A stretch of 32,000 bases of DNA from Staphylothermus hellenicus DSM 12710 (GTDB taxonomy: Archaea; Thermoproteota; Thermoprotei_A; Sulfolobales; Desulfurococcaceae), in assembly GCF_000092465.1 (NCBI RefSeq), contig NC_014205.1, positions 1,410,001 through 1,442,000 on the forward strand, in the 5' to 3' direction. The translations under genes and the position numbers were made by a program. How positions within the stretch are numbered: position 1 is the stretch's first letter; the number at the start of each line of letters is the position of its first letter. The notes under the pieces are model-generated. The model was not told the origin of the DNA and did not search any database. It worked only from the letters and a program-made list of their open reading frames with translations. Positions 1 to 9,555 of the stretch are shown one piece after another.

Positions 1-1
1 T

Positions 2-1042
2 GGTAAACTCAGATTAAGCTTTGCCCAGTTAGATGAGGTATTAAACCGTGGAGTAGAATGGGCTGTGGAAAATGGGTTCGGCTGGCCGGAAGACATGGAA
101 CATATAGAGGAGCGGGGAAGCTGGAAAATCGCAGATGCAGGCAAAGTTAGTAGAAGAGCTAAGCGGAGAGGACATAACCAACTCGGCACTCTAGGCGCAG
201 GAAACCATTTCTTAGAAGTACAAGTGGTAGATAAAATATATGATCCCGAAGCAGCTAAGGCTATGGGAATAACTCATGAAGGACAAGTTACAGTAATGAT
301 TCATACAGGCAGTCGTGGATTAGGGCATCAAGTAGCAAGTGATTACTTGTTAATAATGGAGAGAGCAATGCGAAAATACGGTATAAGACCTCCGGACAGA
401 GAATTAGCAAGCTTACCGTTCAAAACACCGGAAGCACAAGAATATTTTAAAGCTATGGCTGCTGCTGCAAACTTTGCATGGACAAATAGACAAATAATAA
501 TGCATTGGACACGTGAAAGCTTTAAACAAGTATTCCATAGGGATCCAGAAGATCTTGGAATGAAGCTAATATATGATGTAGCACACAATATTGCAAAAAT
601 AGAAGAGCACATAGTAGATGGTAAAAAATACAAAGTTGTAGTTCATCGTAAAGGAGCTACAAGAGCATTCCCGCCGGGACACCCCGAAATACCAAAAGAT
701 TATCAAAGCATAGGGCAACCCGTACTAATTCCTGGAAGCATGGGAACAGCAAGCTATATCCTAGTTGGTACAAAGAAAGGAGTTAGAACATGGCATAGTG
801 CACCACATGGTGCAGGGAGATGGATGAGCCGTGGAGCAGCTATTAGGACATATCGTCCTGAACGAGTAGTGGAAGAATTATCGAGAAAAGGCATTATGTT
901 ACGAGCAGCGACGAGGAGAGTTATAAGCGAAGAAGCCCCAGGTGCTTATAAAGATGTTGATAGAGTAGTGCTTGTAGCCCATAAAGTGGGCATAGGTAAA
1001 CTAGTTGTTAGGCTGAGGCCTATGGGGGTTGTAAAGGGCTAG
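2..1042 (+). CDS. rtcB: RNA-splicing ligase RtcB, C-terminal ~346 aa (5' end lies outside the window)
   Basis: Frame 2 is open from nt 2 (GKLRLSFAQLDEVLNRGVEWAVENGFGW...), so the Met at 65 is internal. GAGNHFLEVQ, HTGSRGLGHQ, PGSMG and HGAGR motifs are typical of RtcB. Confidence 0.9.
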   Translation, partial: GKLRLSFAQLDEVLNRGVEWAVENGFGWPEDMEHIEERGSWKIADAGKVSRRAKRRGHNQLGTLGAGNHFLEVQVVDKIYDPEAAKAMGITHEGQVTVMIHTGSRGLGHQVASDYLLIMERAMRKYGIRPPDRELASLPFKTPEAQEYFKAMAAAANFAWTNRQIIMHWTRESFKQVFHRDPEDLGMKLIYDVAHNIAKIEEHIVDGKKYKVVVHRKGATRAFPPGHPEIPKDYQSIGQPVLIPGSMGTASYILVGTKKGVRTWHSAPHGAGRWMSRGAAIRTYRPERVVEELSRKGIMLRAATRRVISEEAPGAYKDVDRVVLVAHKVGIGKLVVRLRPMGVVKG

Positions 1043-1055
1043 GAAAATATGTTTG

Positions 1056-2408
1056 TTATAACAGTAGCATTATTGTTAAAAACATTATAGCATACATTAA
1101 AACTGATCTAAACCAATATCCTTTATCAATCATGGATGCGATAATTAGGGATTCAAAAACAGCAACATAAGTCATTTTCTTAATGAATGCTTGGTTAATT
1201 CCTTGATAAATAATCGATGAATCCATACTTAACATTGTATTCATGAAAACTATTACAACTAAAGGTAATGTTAGAATATATATGTAGTATATTTTGCTTC
1301 TCTCACTAAGACTCTTCCTTAAACCTCTAATATGATCTAGAATATTAATAATGTATCCAATATGTCTATAATGACTCTTACTATACTCTATAGGAGTGAG
1401 CAGTAATGAAAAAACTTTTCTTGACAATTGTGAAAAATTAACAGCATTAACGATCTCACTAGGTTTAGCACCCATTTTAAGCAGGTCAATCATCTTGGTG
1501 AAGGGGCCGTTGTGCCTATTAATTATCTTAATTAATGCACTATCAATAGGCATACCAATCCTAGACTCACCATAAACTTCTTCAAGCAAAACCATTGTTT
1601 GTGAATCGATCTCTTCAAAAATTCTATGTTTAAAATACAGGAATAAACCGGCCAGTATAACAATTATTACATGAATAACCATAAAGCTTTGAATAAAAAG
1701 CAGAGTAATTGGTGTTAAAACTATTAATGCAGTGGTTAAGACAACATAAAAAGTAGACATGTAATAATATGTTAGCTCCAACAACTTATAGGTTAACACA
1801 TATGAAAAAAGAGACAATACCATAATAACGAATACCACCAGCTCTATTGGCAACCCACCTAAAGGAATTAAAGAGTAAACAAGTATTCCAAGAAGAATTA
1901 TTAGAAATCCTTCAAACAACATATCAATAAAAGATACAATATTATTGATTCGCGTTTTCAAAACACTGAACTCCTCTTTTATGAAGGAATCAATATAGGA
2001 TAATGTATCACCTGTGGTAATTAATACTTCGGCATAACCTCTTACAAAATTCTTAACCCTATCACTAGGAATATATTCAGCAAGCTTTTTCAGACAAGTA
2101 TATGGATCACTTGATACTCTTGATAAGACACTAAAAATAAGCGATAGTTTTTGATAGGATCTTGGAAGAACAAGTTTATTCTGGGAAGCTTCCTCTAAGA
2201 CCTCATCTAATCTAATACCATTAGCTTCAAATGTAAGGAGTAATGCTAAAAAATCAGGTAGTTCATTTTCTAGGCTTATCTTCTCGATAATTCCACTTAT
2301 TTGTCGCCGAAAAATAAGTGAAAATGAGATGATCAGAGAAGATAATATGAGTAAGATAAATAGCGTGTTATTGGAGAGATAAACTATAATATTATCTATG
2401 TTCAACAA
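1056..2408 (-). CDS. Polytopic membrane platform protein of a type IV pilus-like system (FlaJ/TadC/T2SS-F-like)
   Basis: 450 aa in which soluble helical segments alternate with clusters of hydrophobic helices. The start overlaps the upstream secretion-ATPase gene by 17 nt. The gene order pilin-ATPase-platform matches archaeal type IV pilus operons. Confidence 0.6.
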   Translation of the reverse strand: MLNIDNIIVYLSNNTLFILLILSSLIISFSLIFRRQISGIIEKISLENELPDFLALLLTFEANGIRLDEVLEEASQNKLVLPRSYQKLSLIFSVLSRVSSDPYTCLKKLAEYIPSDRVKNFVRGYAEVLITTGDTLSYIDSFIKEEFSVLKTRINNIVSFIDMLFEGFLIILLGILVYSLIPLGGLPIELVVFVIMVLSLFSYVLTYKLLELTYYYMSTFYVVLTTALIVLTPITLLFIQSFMVIHVIIVILAGLFLYFKHRIFEEIDSQTMVLLEEVYGESRIGMPIDSALIKIINRHNGPFTKMIDLLKMGAKPSEIVNAVNFSQLSRKVFSLLLTPIEYSKSHYRHIGYIINILDHIRGLRKSLSERSKIYYIYILTLPLVVIVFMNTMLSMDSSIIYQGINQAFIKKMTYVAVFESLIIASMIDKGYWFRSVLMYAIMFLTIMLLL

Positions 2409-3939
2409 TTTCTTCTATACCTCTATAATAGTAGTTTACAAGCTCCTCGCCAAGACTATTAAGCGAAAAGATCCCTTTGGCAACCAGTTTATCGAGAAAA
2501 GCTGCTCTAGCCGCTAACTCATAAGCTAAATCATCTGTGTCAAGTAATAGTTGTAATCTTATACTCTTCTCAGCTAGAGACTTAGCATCGCTAGGATTAT
2601 ATAATCCATTGTTTTCAAGCCCGATGATCCTAGCTGGCTTTATATTCTTGGTAATCTCATATACGCTTCTAACTCTTCTCGCACCATTAATGTTTTCTAA
2701 AACAATAATGCTCCATATACTAGATAACATGTTTTTCGGAATAGATATTGGCGGAGAAATAAGTCTTTCAATAACAGTTTCCGCGTCTTCCCCGTGAAAA
2801 GTTGCTAGAACCCCGTGGCCCAGCCTACTAGCTTGTAGTAAAAGACGGGCTTCCCTCCCCCTTACCTCACCTACAACTATATAATCCGCTCTTCTCCTTA
2901 AGCTAAATTTTAGTAAATCATACATTGAGACATTAATGCTTTCACCAATACTAACTGTTCTCTCAACCAAGGGATCCCATAAACCTGTTGAACCTGTTAT
3001 TTCAGGCGTGTCCTCTATTGTTACAACTCTTCTTGTTGGCGGTATAAGTGTTAGTAATCCTTGTAGAAGAGTTGTTTTCCCAGTGCTCATGCCGCCAACA
3101 ATAAGTATTGAGCCTCGTAGCTCAAGCACTAACCATGCATATGCCGCTATCAATGATGACAACATCTTCATATCTATTAGTCTTGTAATTGTCCATGGAG
3201 TACTAGGTTTTTTCCTGATAACCACGCTACTGCCTTTCCTAGATACTTCTCTACCATAGGTTAAACTAATCCTTAAACCCTCATCTGTTAAGCCTTCTGC
3301 TAATGGTTGTGCTATTGATAAATGCTTACCCATTCTACGCGCGATACTTAGGACTAATCTATCAATTAGTTTTTCATCTATATAGATATTAGTATTCATC
3401 CATCCATACCATGAGTATTTCCTATTTATTATCGATACAATTTTATCTGATGCATTAACAGCTATTTCCTCAATATATGGATCAATTATCAGTGGATATA
3501 GTGATCCATATCCACTAGTTATCTTGAAGTAATGATAGTTAACTTTGATTGGTTGTTCAGAATATATTCTATGAAGTTTTTCATCATTAATGTTTGAGAG
3601 CGTTTCTTGTATGCACATATTATCTTTACAATTAGGGTTTTCCATGTATAGCTTAGAAACAGCATATATAGTGTCTTCATCATAGCCTGGCTCATGAACC
3701 ACATATTGTAGAAGGCTTTTACCAGTTCTATTAATATATATTCTTACAACGTTTCCGACAACATATTCTTCAACCACATTAACAGGCTTAACTGGGACAA
3801 TCACGGTTTTCTCAATATATTGCTTTATAATTTCATGGAAAGTTTCTTTAATGATTAGTTTTCTTGTTTCGAAAGAACCTTCACGAGTAAATTTATGTTT
3901 AAGAATTTTGAAAAAAGAATTGTTTTTAATTATTTTCAT
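2392..3939 (-). CDS. Type II/IV secretion-family assembly ATPase (FlaI/PilB/VirB11-like)
   Basis: Walker A GGMSTGKTT, Walker B-like ADYIVVGEVRGREA, His box GHGVLATFHG, and a long N-terminal domain as in FlaI/UpsE/AapE-type ATPases. Confidence 0.85.
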   Translation of the reverse strand: MKIIKNNSFFKILKHKFTREGSFETRKLIIKETFHEIIKQYIEKTVIVPVKPVNVVEEYVVGNVVRIYINRTGKSLLQYVVHEPGYDEDTIYAVSKLYMENPNCKDNMCIQETLSNINDEKLHRIYSEQPIKVNYHYFKITSGYGSLYPLIIDPYIEEIAVNASDKIVSIINRKYSWYGWMNTNIYIDEKLIDRLVLSIARRMGKHLSIAQPLAEGLTDEGLRISLTYGREVSRKGSSVVIRKKPSTPWTITRLIDMKMLSSLIAAYAWLVLELRGSILIVGGMSTGKTTLLQGLLTLIPPTRRVVTIEDTPEITGSTGLWDPLVERTVSIGESINVSMYDLLKFSLRRRADYIVVGEVRGREARLLLQASRLGHGVLATFHGEDAETVIERLISPPISIPKNMLSSIWSIIVLENINGARRVRSVYEITKNIKPARIIGLENNGLYNPSDAKSLAEKSIRLQLLLDTDDLAYELAARAAFLDKLVAKGIFSLNSLGEELVNYYYRGIEEIVEHR

Positions 3940-3959
3940 CTTATTTATTCCTCGAATAA

Positions 3960-4370
3960 TTATTTAATTACATTTATCATAACAGGTTCTGTTTCCCCAT
4001 CATTATATTCAACGATCACATAGTGGTTTATACTTGGGTCTAGTGGTTTGTTTATTAATAGGTTTATGCTTTTAGTAACACCAGGATCTATTGTTATGTT
4101 TGCGCTGACCGATAAATTGTCTGGCATGATCCTTACCCCGGTTATTTTTGCTGATGTAGTGCCAATATTAGTCGCCTTTACATTAAGTATTGTTTGACCA
4201 TTATCTACATACATCTTTGCAGACAATACTGTTAATGATGAAAATTGTTGTGGTGCTTGCAGAGTATTCATTACATAGTTATATACAACTAACCCGCCTG
4301 CAACAGTTATTATTAATAATAATGCTGCACCTATTAGAGGCGATATTGCCTTCATACGGTGTCTCACCAT
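3960..4370 (-). CDS. Archaeal type IV pilin-like protein with class III signal peptide
   Basis: The N-terminus MVRHRMKA|ISPLIGAALLLIITVAGGLVVY has a basic residue plus small residue followed by a hydrophobic helix. The C-terminal part is beta-rich. It is the first gene of the ATPase/platform operon. Confidence 0.65.
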   Translation of the reverse strand: MVRHRMKAISPLIGAALLLIITVAGGLVVYNYVMNTLQAPQQFSSLTVLSAKMYVDNGQTILNVKATNIGTTSAKITGVRIMPDNLSVSANITIDPGVTKSINLLINKPLDPSINHYVIVEYNDGETEPVMINVIK

Positions 4371-4547
4371 TTTCTAATGAAAAACCATTAAACTTGTATA
4401 TTGATGAAAAAGATTTATTCCCCTATGAGGGTGTGGGAGAGGAGTGAAAGTATTGCTATATATTGTATTTTCTCATATATACTTTTGCTTATAAAGTGTT
4501 ACAAAAAGTATTATATTTAGGGATAATAGAATAGTGGTGATTACATA

Positions 4548-6143
4548 TTGGCATCTGCTAGCGAGACTGTAGAGAATTACAAAGCAATTAGCGCTGCAGA
4601 ATTCTTTTATAAGTACAAGGAGATAGCTGGATTCGCTAACCCAGCTAGAGCTCTATATCAAACAGTTAGAGAACTAGTAGAAAATGCTTTAGATGCAACA
4701 GATGCTCATGGAATACTGCCTAATATTAAGATAACTATTGAGAAAGCTGATCAAGTACATGAATATTACAAAATAACCGTAGAAGATAATGGTATAGGAA
4801 TACCTCCACACATAGTCCCCAAAGCATTTGGTAGAGTATTGTTTAGCTCAAAATATGTTCTTAGACAAACACGTGGAATGTTTGGTTTAGGTGTTAAAGT
4901 AGCTGTTCTATATGGTCAAATGACTACTGGCAGGCCCGTCGAGATAATTACTAGCCAGCCAGGACTTAGAAGAATATACTATTATAAATTGAGAATAGAC
5001 ATTAATAAAAACCAGCCAATAATACTGGAGAGGGGTAGTTGGAGAAAGAACAGGGATTGGCATGGATCAATAGTTTCGCTAACAATAGAAGGTGATTGGA
5101 GCAGGTCTAAATCCAGGGTAAAAGACTATATTAAAAGAACAGCAGTTGTGACCCCGTATGCAAACATAGTGTTCATGACTCCTGAGGGAGAAATATATTA
5201 TTATAAGAGAGTAATCGATAAATTACCCTCACCACCTAAACGGGTGAAGCCTCACCCACGCGGTGTTGATCTAGAATTATTGAAGAGGATACGTGAAACA
5301 GGTAAATATACAACATTATACAATTTATTAACTAAGAGTTTCCAGAGTATAGGAGATGTTACAGCAAAAAAGCTTATCTCACAAGCAGGTCTGGATCCAA
5401 ACATTGATCCCATGAAGATCAGTGATAAAGATCTTCTTAGACTAGTTAATATAATGAAAAAATATAATAAATATAGGCCTCCAAAAGCACAAGCACTGTC
5501 CCCTCTAGGCCCAGACGTGATAAAAGCCGGGCTAACAAGAATATATGAGCCAGAATTCGTAGAGGCAACAACGAGAAAACCCTCTGCTTATCAAGGACAC
5601 CCATTCATAGTCGAGGCAGGTATAGCCTACGGCGGAAAAGTACCTAGAAGCCCGCCTGATAAACCAAACCTACTTAGATATGCGAACAAAATACCTTTAC
5701 TATATGATGAAGGAAGCGATGTAATAACCGCTGTAATAAAAGAAGATATTAATTGGGACAATTACCTAGTCCACCTTCCTGCGCCAATAGTTGTCTTAGT
5801 ACATATATGTAGCACCAAGGTACCCTTTAAAGGAGTAGGTAAAGAAAGCATAGCAGATGTTTCGGATATAAGGAGAGAAATAAAACTAGCAATCTCTGAA
5901 GTTGCCCGTAAACTACGAAACTATTTATCCAAGAAAATCAAGGAAGAGGAAAAGAAGAAGAAAATAGTTAACCTCGCAAAATATATTCCAGAAGTAGCTC
6001 GGGCATTATCAATTATAATAGGTGAAGACGGATTAGGCTACAATAATATACTTGATAAACTAGCCGAAATAGCAGCTGCTAGAACAGGTATTCCGAAGAA
6101 TGAAGTTGAAAAAGTAATTAAAAATGTAGAGATCGGAACATGA
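4548..6143 (+). CDS. top6B: DNA topoisomerase VI subunit B
   Basis: GHKL/Bergerat ATPase motifs (ELVENALDA, EDNGIGIP, GMFGLGVK). TTG start preceded by GGTGA at 4536-4540. The stop overlaps the top6A start. Confidence 0.93.
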   Translation: MASASETVENYKAISAAEFFYKYKEIAGFANPARALYQTVRELVENALDATDAHGILPNIKITIEKADQVHEYYKITVEDNGIGIPPHIVPKAFGRVLFSSKYVLRQTRGMFGLGVKVAVLYGQMTTGRPVEIITSQPGLRRIYYYKLRIDINKNQPIILERGSWRKNRDWHGSIVSLTIEGDWSRSKSRVKDYIKRTAVVTPYANIVFMTPEGEIYYYKRVIDKLPSPPKRVKPHPRGVDLELLKRIRETGKYTTLYNLLTKSFQSIGDVTAKKLISQAGLDPNIDPMKISDKDLLRLVNIMKKYNKYRPPKAQALSPLGPDVIKAGLTRIYEPEFVEATTRKPSAYQGHPFIVEAGIAYGGKVPRSPPDKPNLLRYANKIPLLYDEGSDVITAVIKEDINWDNYLVHLPAPIVVLVHICSTKVPFKGVGKESIADVSDIRREIKLAISEVARKLRNYLSKKIKEEEKKKKIVNLAKYIPEVARALSIIIGEDGLGYNNILDKLAEIAAARTGIPKNEVEKVIKNVEIGT

Positions 6144-7477
6144 AGGGTGAGATTAAAATGGTTATTTCCAGCATTGATAAGCTCGCGCGAGATAAAAGCA
6201 TTGAGATATTAAGGAAGAAATTTAGATCATTGGCTAAGAGAATAATTGAAGGTAAGAGACCAGTATTAGTTATGCCGAAGAGAATACTGAGCAATACAAT
6301 CTATGATGAGAAAAACAAACTGCTTCTTCTAGGACCAGAAATGCAGCGCAGAAGCTTCTTAGATGTAAATGAGGCAAGAAAATTTATGCAAACACTTCTA
6401 ATGGCATCAATAATATATGAAGCACTAGCCAACAATGAATACCCAACAATACGTGATCTTTACTATAGAGGAAAACACACAATAATATATAGGGACCTAC
6501 ATGGTAGAACTCATCATGAAAACACATGGGATGAACAACGAGAATCTGATTCCGTAATCAGAGACTTAGAAGTATATCTAGGAGTACTAAGAGAAGAAAT
6601 GCTCATACTAAGTAAGGAGAAAGGAAAAGTAGTCGGTAACCTAGTTATTAAAAGCGGAGACGACACAATTGATCTAAGTAAAATGGGTCATGGAGCATAT
6701 TCTATAGAACCAACACCTGACCTAATAGAGTTCAAAGACGTAGATGCCGAATATGTATTAGTCGTTGAGAAAGATGCTGTCTTCCAACAACTACATCGAC
6801 ACGGTTTCTGGAAAAAACAAAAAGCAATACTAATAACGAGTGCTGGCCAACCAGATAGAGCAACCCGTAGATTTGTTAGAAGATTAAATGAAGAACTAAA
6901 ACTACCAATATATATTCTAGCAGACGCTGATCCCTATGGATGGTATATTTATAGCGTATTCAAAATAGGATCAATAACATTATCATATGAAAGCGAAAGA
7001 CTAGCAACACCAAGCGCTAAATTCATAGGTGTAACAATGACAGATGTATTCGGAGACGAGATCATTAGGAAAAAAATAAAGGATCTAAAATCAATCAAAA
7101 CAATATCATCCTCCACACTACGGAAACTACCGAGAAAGAAACCATATCTAACAGAGCAAGAACGTAGAAACTATATTATTAAGGCAAAACCAAAAGATAT
7201 TGAAAGAGCCATAGAACTAATAGGATACGATGTTGCTAAAGCATGTCTCGATAATAAAGAATTAATCAAGAATAAAAAATTAAAAGATAAAATAAAAAAG
7301 AAAGAGGGATTAGCAGGATATCCATGGTTTAGAACACCGGAATGGATCAGGGAACTATGCATATTCTTTAAAACACTATCAAAACTCGAAATAGAAGCTA
7401 TGGCGAGCAAAGGCCTCAAATTCCTTGCAGACAAATACATACCTGAAAAAATCAGTGTAGGTGACTGGATAGATTAA
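6140..7477 (+). CDS. top6A: DNA topoisomerase VI subunit A (Spo11 homologue)
   Basis: ATGA start/stop overlap with top6B. Winged-helix region with YPTIRDLYY (catalytic Tyr context), Toprim region VLVVEKDAVF ... ILADADPYGW, and C-terminal EIEAMASKGLKF. Confidence 0.93.
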   Translation: MKGEIKMVISSIDKLARDKSIEILRKKFRSLAKRIIEGKRPVLVMPKRILSNTIYDEKNKLLLLGPEMQRRSFLDVNEARKFMQTLLMASIIYEALANNEYPTIRDLYYRGKHTIIYRDLHGRTHHENTWDEQRESDSVIRDLEVYLGVLREEMLILSKEKGKVVGNLVIKSGDDTIDLSKMGHGAYSIEPTPDLIEFKDVDAEYVLVVEKDAVFQQLHRHGFWKKQKAILITSAGQPDRATRRFVRRLNEELKLPIYILADADPYGWYIYSVFKIGSITLSYESERLATPSAKFIGVTMTDVFGDEIIRKKIKDLKSIKTISSSTLRKLPRKKPYLTEQERRNYIIKAKPKDIERAIELIGYDVAKACLDNKELIKNKKLKDKIKKKEGLAGYPWFRTPEWIRELCIFFKTLSKLEIEAMASKGLKFLADKYIPEKISVGDWID

Positions 7478-7621
7478 AGCGATGTAATTTGTTTAACCTG
7501 TTTAACATAAAACATAAAAATACTATAAGGCAGTTCAGTATTTAAAACCTCTAAATATAAAATGATATAAATATATTATATGCTGATCTCAAAAATGAAT
7601 CTCCTAATAATATAATTTATT

Positions 7622-8713
7622 TTATATTATGGTTTCACCAGTTTTCTTGAATACATGGATCCTATTGATCTGGGGTCTCATTAGGATTTTCTCCCCTATT
7701 CTATATTCAAGTTGTCCTTTCATAAGAATTTTGAATATGTGGTCTCCTATTTTTACATCTATTACTGTTTGTGCTCCTAGGGGCTCAATAACGTATACTT
7801 CGGCTTCAATAGTATTTTCTCCTTTTTCATGAACTATGTCTATGTGTTCAGGTCTTATACCAACAATTACATCTGTTTTATTATCTAGTTTTTCCAGGAT
7901 AATCCTACCTATTTCCTTATCTAATTCTAATGTAAACTCGCCAGCATCCAGTATGTATTCATTATTTACCGCTTTGAAGACTGCGTCAAAAAAGTTCATT
8001 GGAGGCGAACCAATGAATCCAGCTACGAAGAGGTTTGCAGGTTTATTGTAGAGATCATAAGGTCTACCAATTTGCAATATTTTGCCTTTATTCATAACTG
8101 CTATTCTATCAGCCATGGTCATAGCTTCTGCTTGGTCATGTGTTACATAAATAGTTGTTATTCCTAGTTCTTTCTGCATTCTTTTAAGCTGTGCTCGCAT
8201 ATATACTCTTAATTTGGCGTCAAGATTGCTGAGGGGCTCATCCATTAAGAAAACTTTTGGTCTTCTAACAAGTGCTCTTCCCAAAGCAACTCTCTGCTGT
8301 TCTCCTCCTGATAATTGAGATGGTTTACGATCGAGTAGGTGGCTTATATGAAGCATCTCGGCAACAGCTTTAACCCTACGATCGATTTCTGTTTTGCTTA
8401 AACCCATGTTTTCTAGTGGAAAGGATAAGTTCTTATAAACGGTCATGTGTGGATATAATGCATAGTTTTGGAAAACCATAGCAATATCTCTCTTATGTGG
8501 AGGAATATCATTCACAACTTTACCATCTATTAAAACCTCTCCTTCATCAGGATCTTCAAGCCCAGCAATAATCCTAAGTGTCGTCGTTTTACCACTACCA
8601 CTGGGACCCAATAATACAAAGAATTCTTTATCATATACTTTGAAGGATACATTATCTACAGCAACTGTTTTTCCAAACCTCTTGGTCACATTTCTTAACT
8701 CTACATCAGCCAT
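7622..8713 (-). CDS. Sugar ABC transporter ATP-binding protein (MalK/UgpC-like)
   Basis: Walker A GPSGSGKTT, signature LSGGEQQRVALGRAL, Walker B VFLMDEPLS, H-loop VTHD, and a C-terminal MalK-type regulatory/TOBE-like domain. Confidence 0.9.
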   Translation of the reverse strand: MADVELRNVTKRFGKTVAVDNVSFKVYDKEFFVLLGPSGSGKTTTLRIIAGLEDPDEGEVLIDGKVVNDIPPHKRDIAMVFQNYALYPHMTVYKNLSFPLENMGLSKTEIDRRVKAVAEMLHISHLLDRKPSQLSGGEQQRVALGRALVRRPKVFLMDEPLSNLDAKLRVYMRAQLKRMQKELGITTIYVTHDQAEAMTMADRIAVMNKGKILQIGRPYDLYNKPANLFVAGFIGSPPMNFFDAVFKAVNNEYILDAGEFTLELDKEIGRIILEKLDNKTDVIVGIRPEHIDIVHEKGENTIEAEVYVIEPLGAQTVIDVKIGDHIFKILMKGQLEYRIGEKILMRPQINRIHVFKKTGETII

Positions 8714-8724
8714 TTAAAACCACC

Positions 8725-9555
8725 CTAAGCACCCTTAAGTGCTCCAGCTAAGAGGCCGCTTACAAAATATCTCCCTAGAAGAATAACAATTACTGTCGGA
8801 GGTAATATAGCTATTATAGAGCCTGCCATTAGAGTATTCCATGAAACAGTTGTTGTGCCTCTCAAGTTAGCTATTTCCGGCTGAATAGGTCTGACCACAG
8901 GGGTCGTTGATAATGCGACAGCTATGAGGAACTCATTCCAAATATTCATGAAGATTATTATTGTAGTAGATATTATTCCCGGAATAGCTACTGGGAAAAC
9001 TATTTTAAAGAATGTTTTAATAGGCGAAGAACCATCAATAAACGCTGCTTCTTCAAGCTCCTTGGGTACAGTCATGAAAAACGCTGCGGATATGAGAGCG
9101 GCCCACGGACTAAAAAGTAAGGTATAAGCAAGTATTAGGCCGGGAATCGTTCCCATTAAGTGTATAGTAGAAAATATTCTAATTATAGGTATCAATACTA
9201 TTTGGTATGGGATAAAAGAAGCAACTGCTATTAAAAAGAATAATGCTTGTGCACCCTTAAACCTGTATCTTGACAAATAGTATCCAGCCATAGTACCGAT
9301 AATAACTGATAAAGCAGTAGCGGATAGAGATATAACTATACTGTTAAAGAAGGCTCTACTTATCTTATTCCACGCCCCAACCCAAGGATCTACTATAGGA
9401 TTCATAGGTGGTTGTAACACATTGGTGGAATAAATTTCTCTATTACTCTTAAAACCTGCTATGACGGCAACATATACAGGCATAACCCATGCAATAGCTA
9501 GGAGTACTAAGAAGAAATATAAAAGAATTCTTTTAATAGATAATTTCATCTTCAT
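8725..9555 (-). CDS. Sugar ABC transporter permease (MalG-like)
   Basis: Six predicted TM segments and the EAA loop EEAAFIDGSSPIKTFFKIVFP. The start overlaps the upstream permease stop. Confidence 0.85.
   Translation of the reverse strand: MKMKLSIKRILLYFFLVLLAIAWVMPVYVAVIAGFKSNREIYSTNVLQPPMNPIVDPWVGAWNKISRAFFNSIVISLSATALSVIIGTMAGYYLSRYRFKGAQALFFLIAVASFIPYQIVLIPIIRIFSTIHLMGTIPGLILAYTLLFSPWAALISAAFFMTVPKELEEAAFIDGSSPIKTFFKIVFPVAIPGIISTTIIIFMNIWNEFLIAVALSTTPVVRPIQPEIANLRGTTTVSWNTLMAGSIIAILPPTVIVILLGRYFVSGLLAGALKGA

Noticed and set aside
343-633. ORF-track antisense ORFs lying inside confidently called genes: 343-633, 2537-2797, 2936-3259, 3519-3704, 4190-4447, 7171-7440, 7629-8051, 8924-9127, 10835-11023, 12363-12575.
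   Set aside because: Each lies wholly within and antisense to, or out of frame with, a gene with strong family motifs. Their translations are low-complexity (Ser/Leu/Ile-rich), typical of shadow ORFs in AT-rich DNA.
4395-4445. UUGAUGA in the pilin/top6B divergent spacer.
   Set aside because: No D or D-prime box lies on either strand, and the spacer is otherwise AT-rich promoter-like sequence.
6001-6035. GUGAAGA inside top6B, and AUGAUGA/GUGAAGC inside ORF 26983 (27047-27100).
   Set aside because: There is no CUGA-like element at 10-13 nt. These sites act as internal negative controls showing that the box alone is not sufficient.
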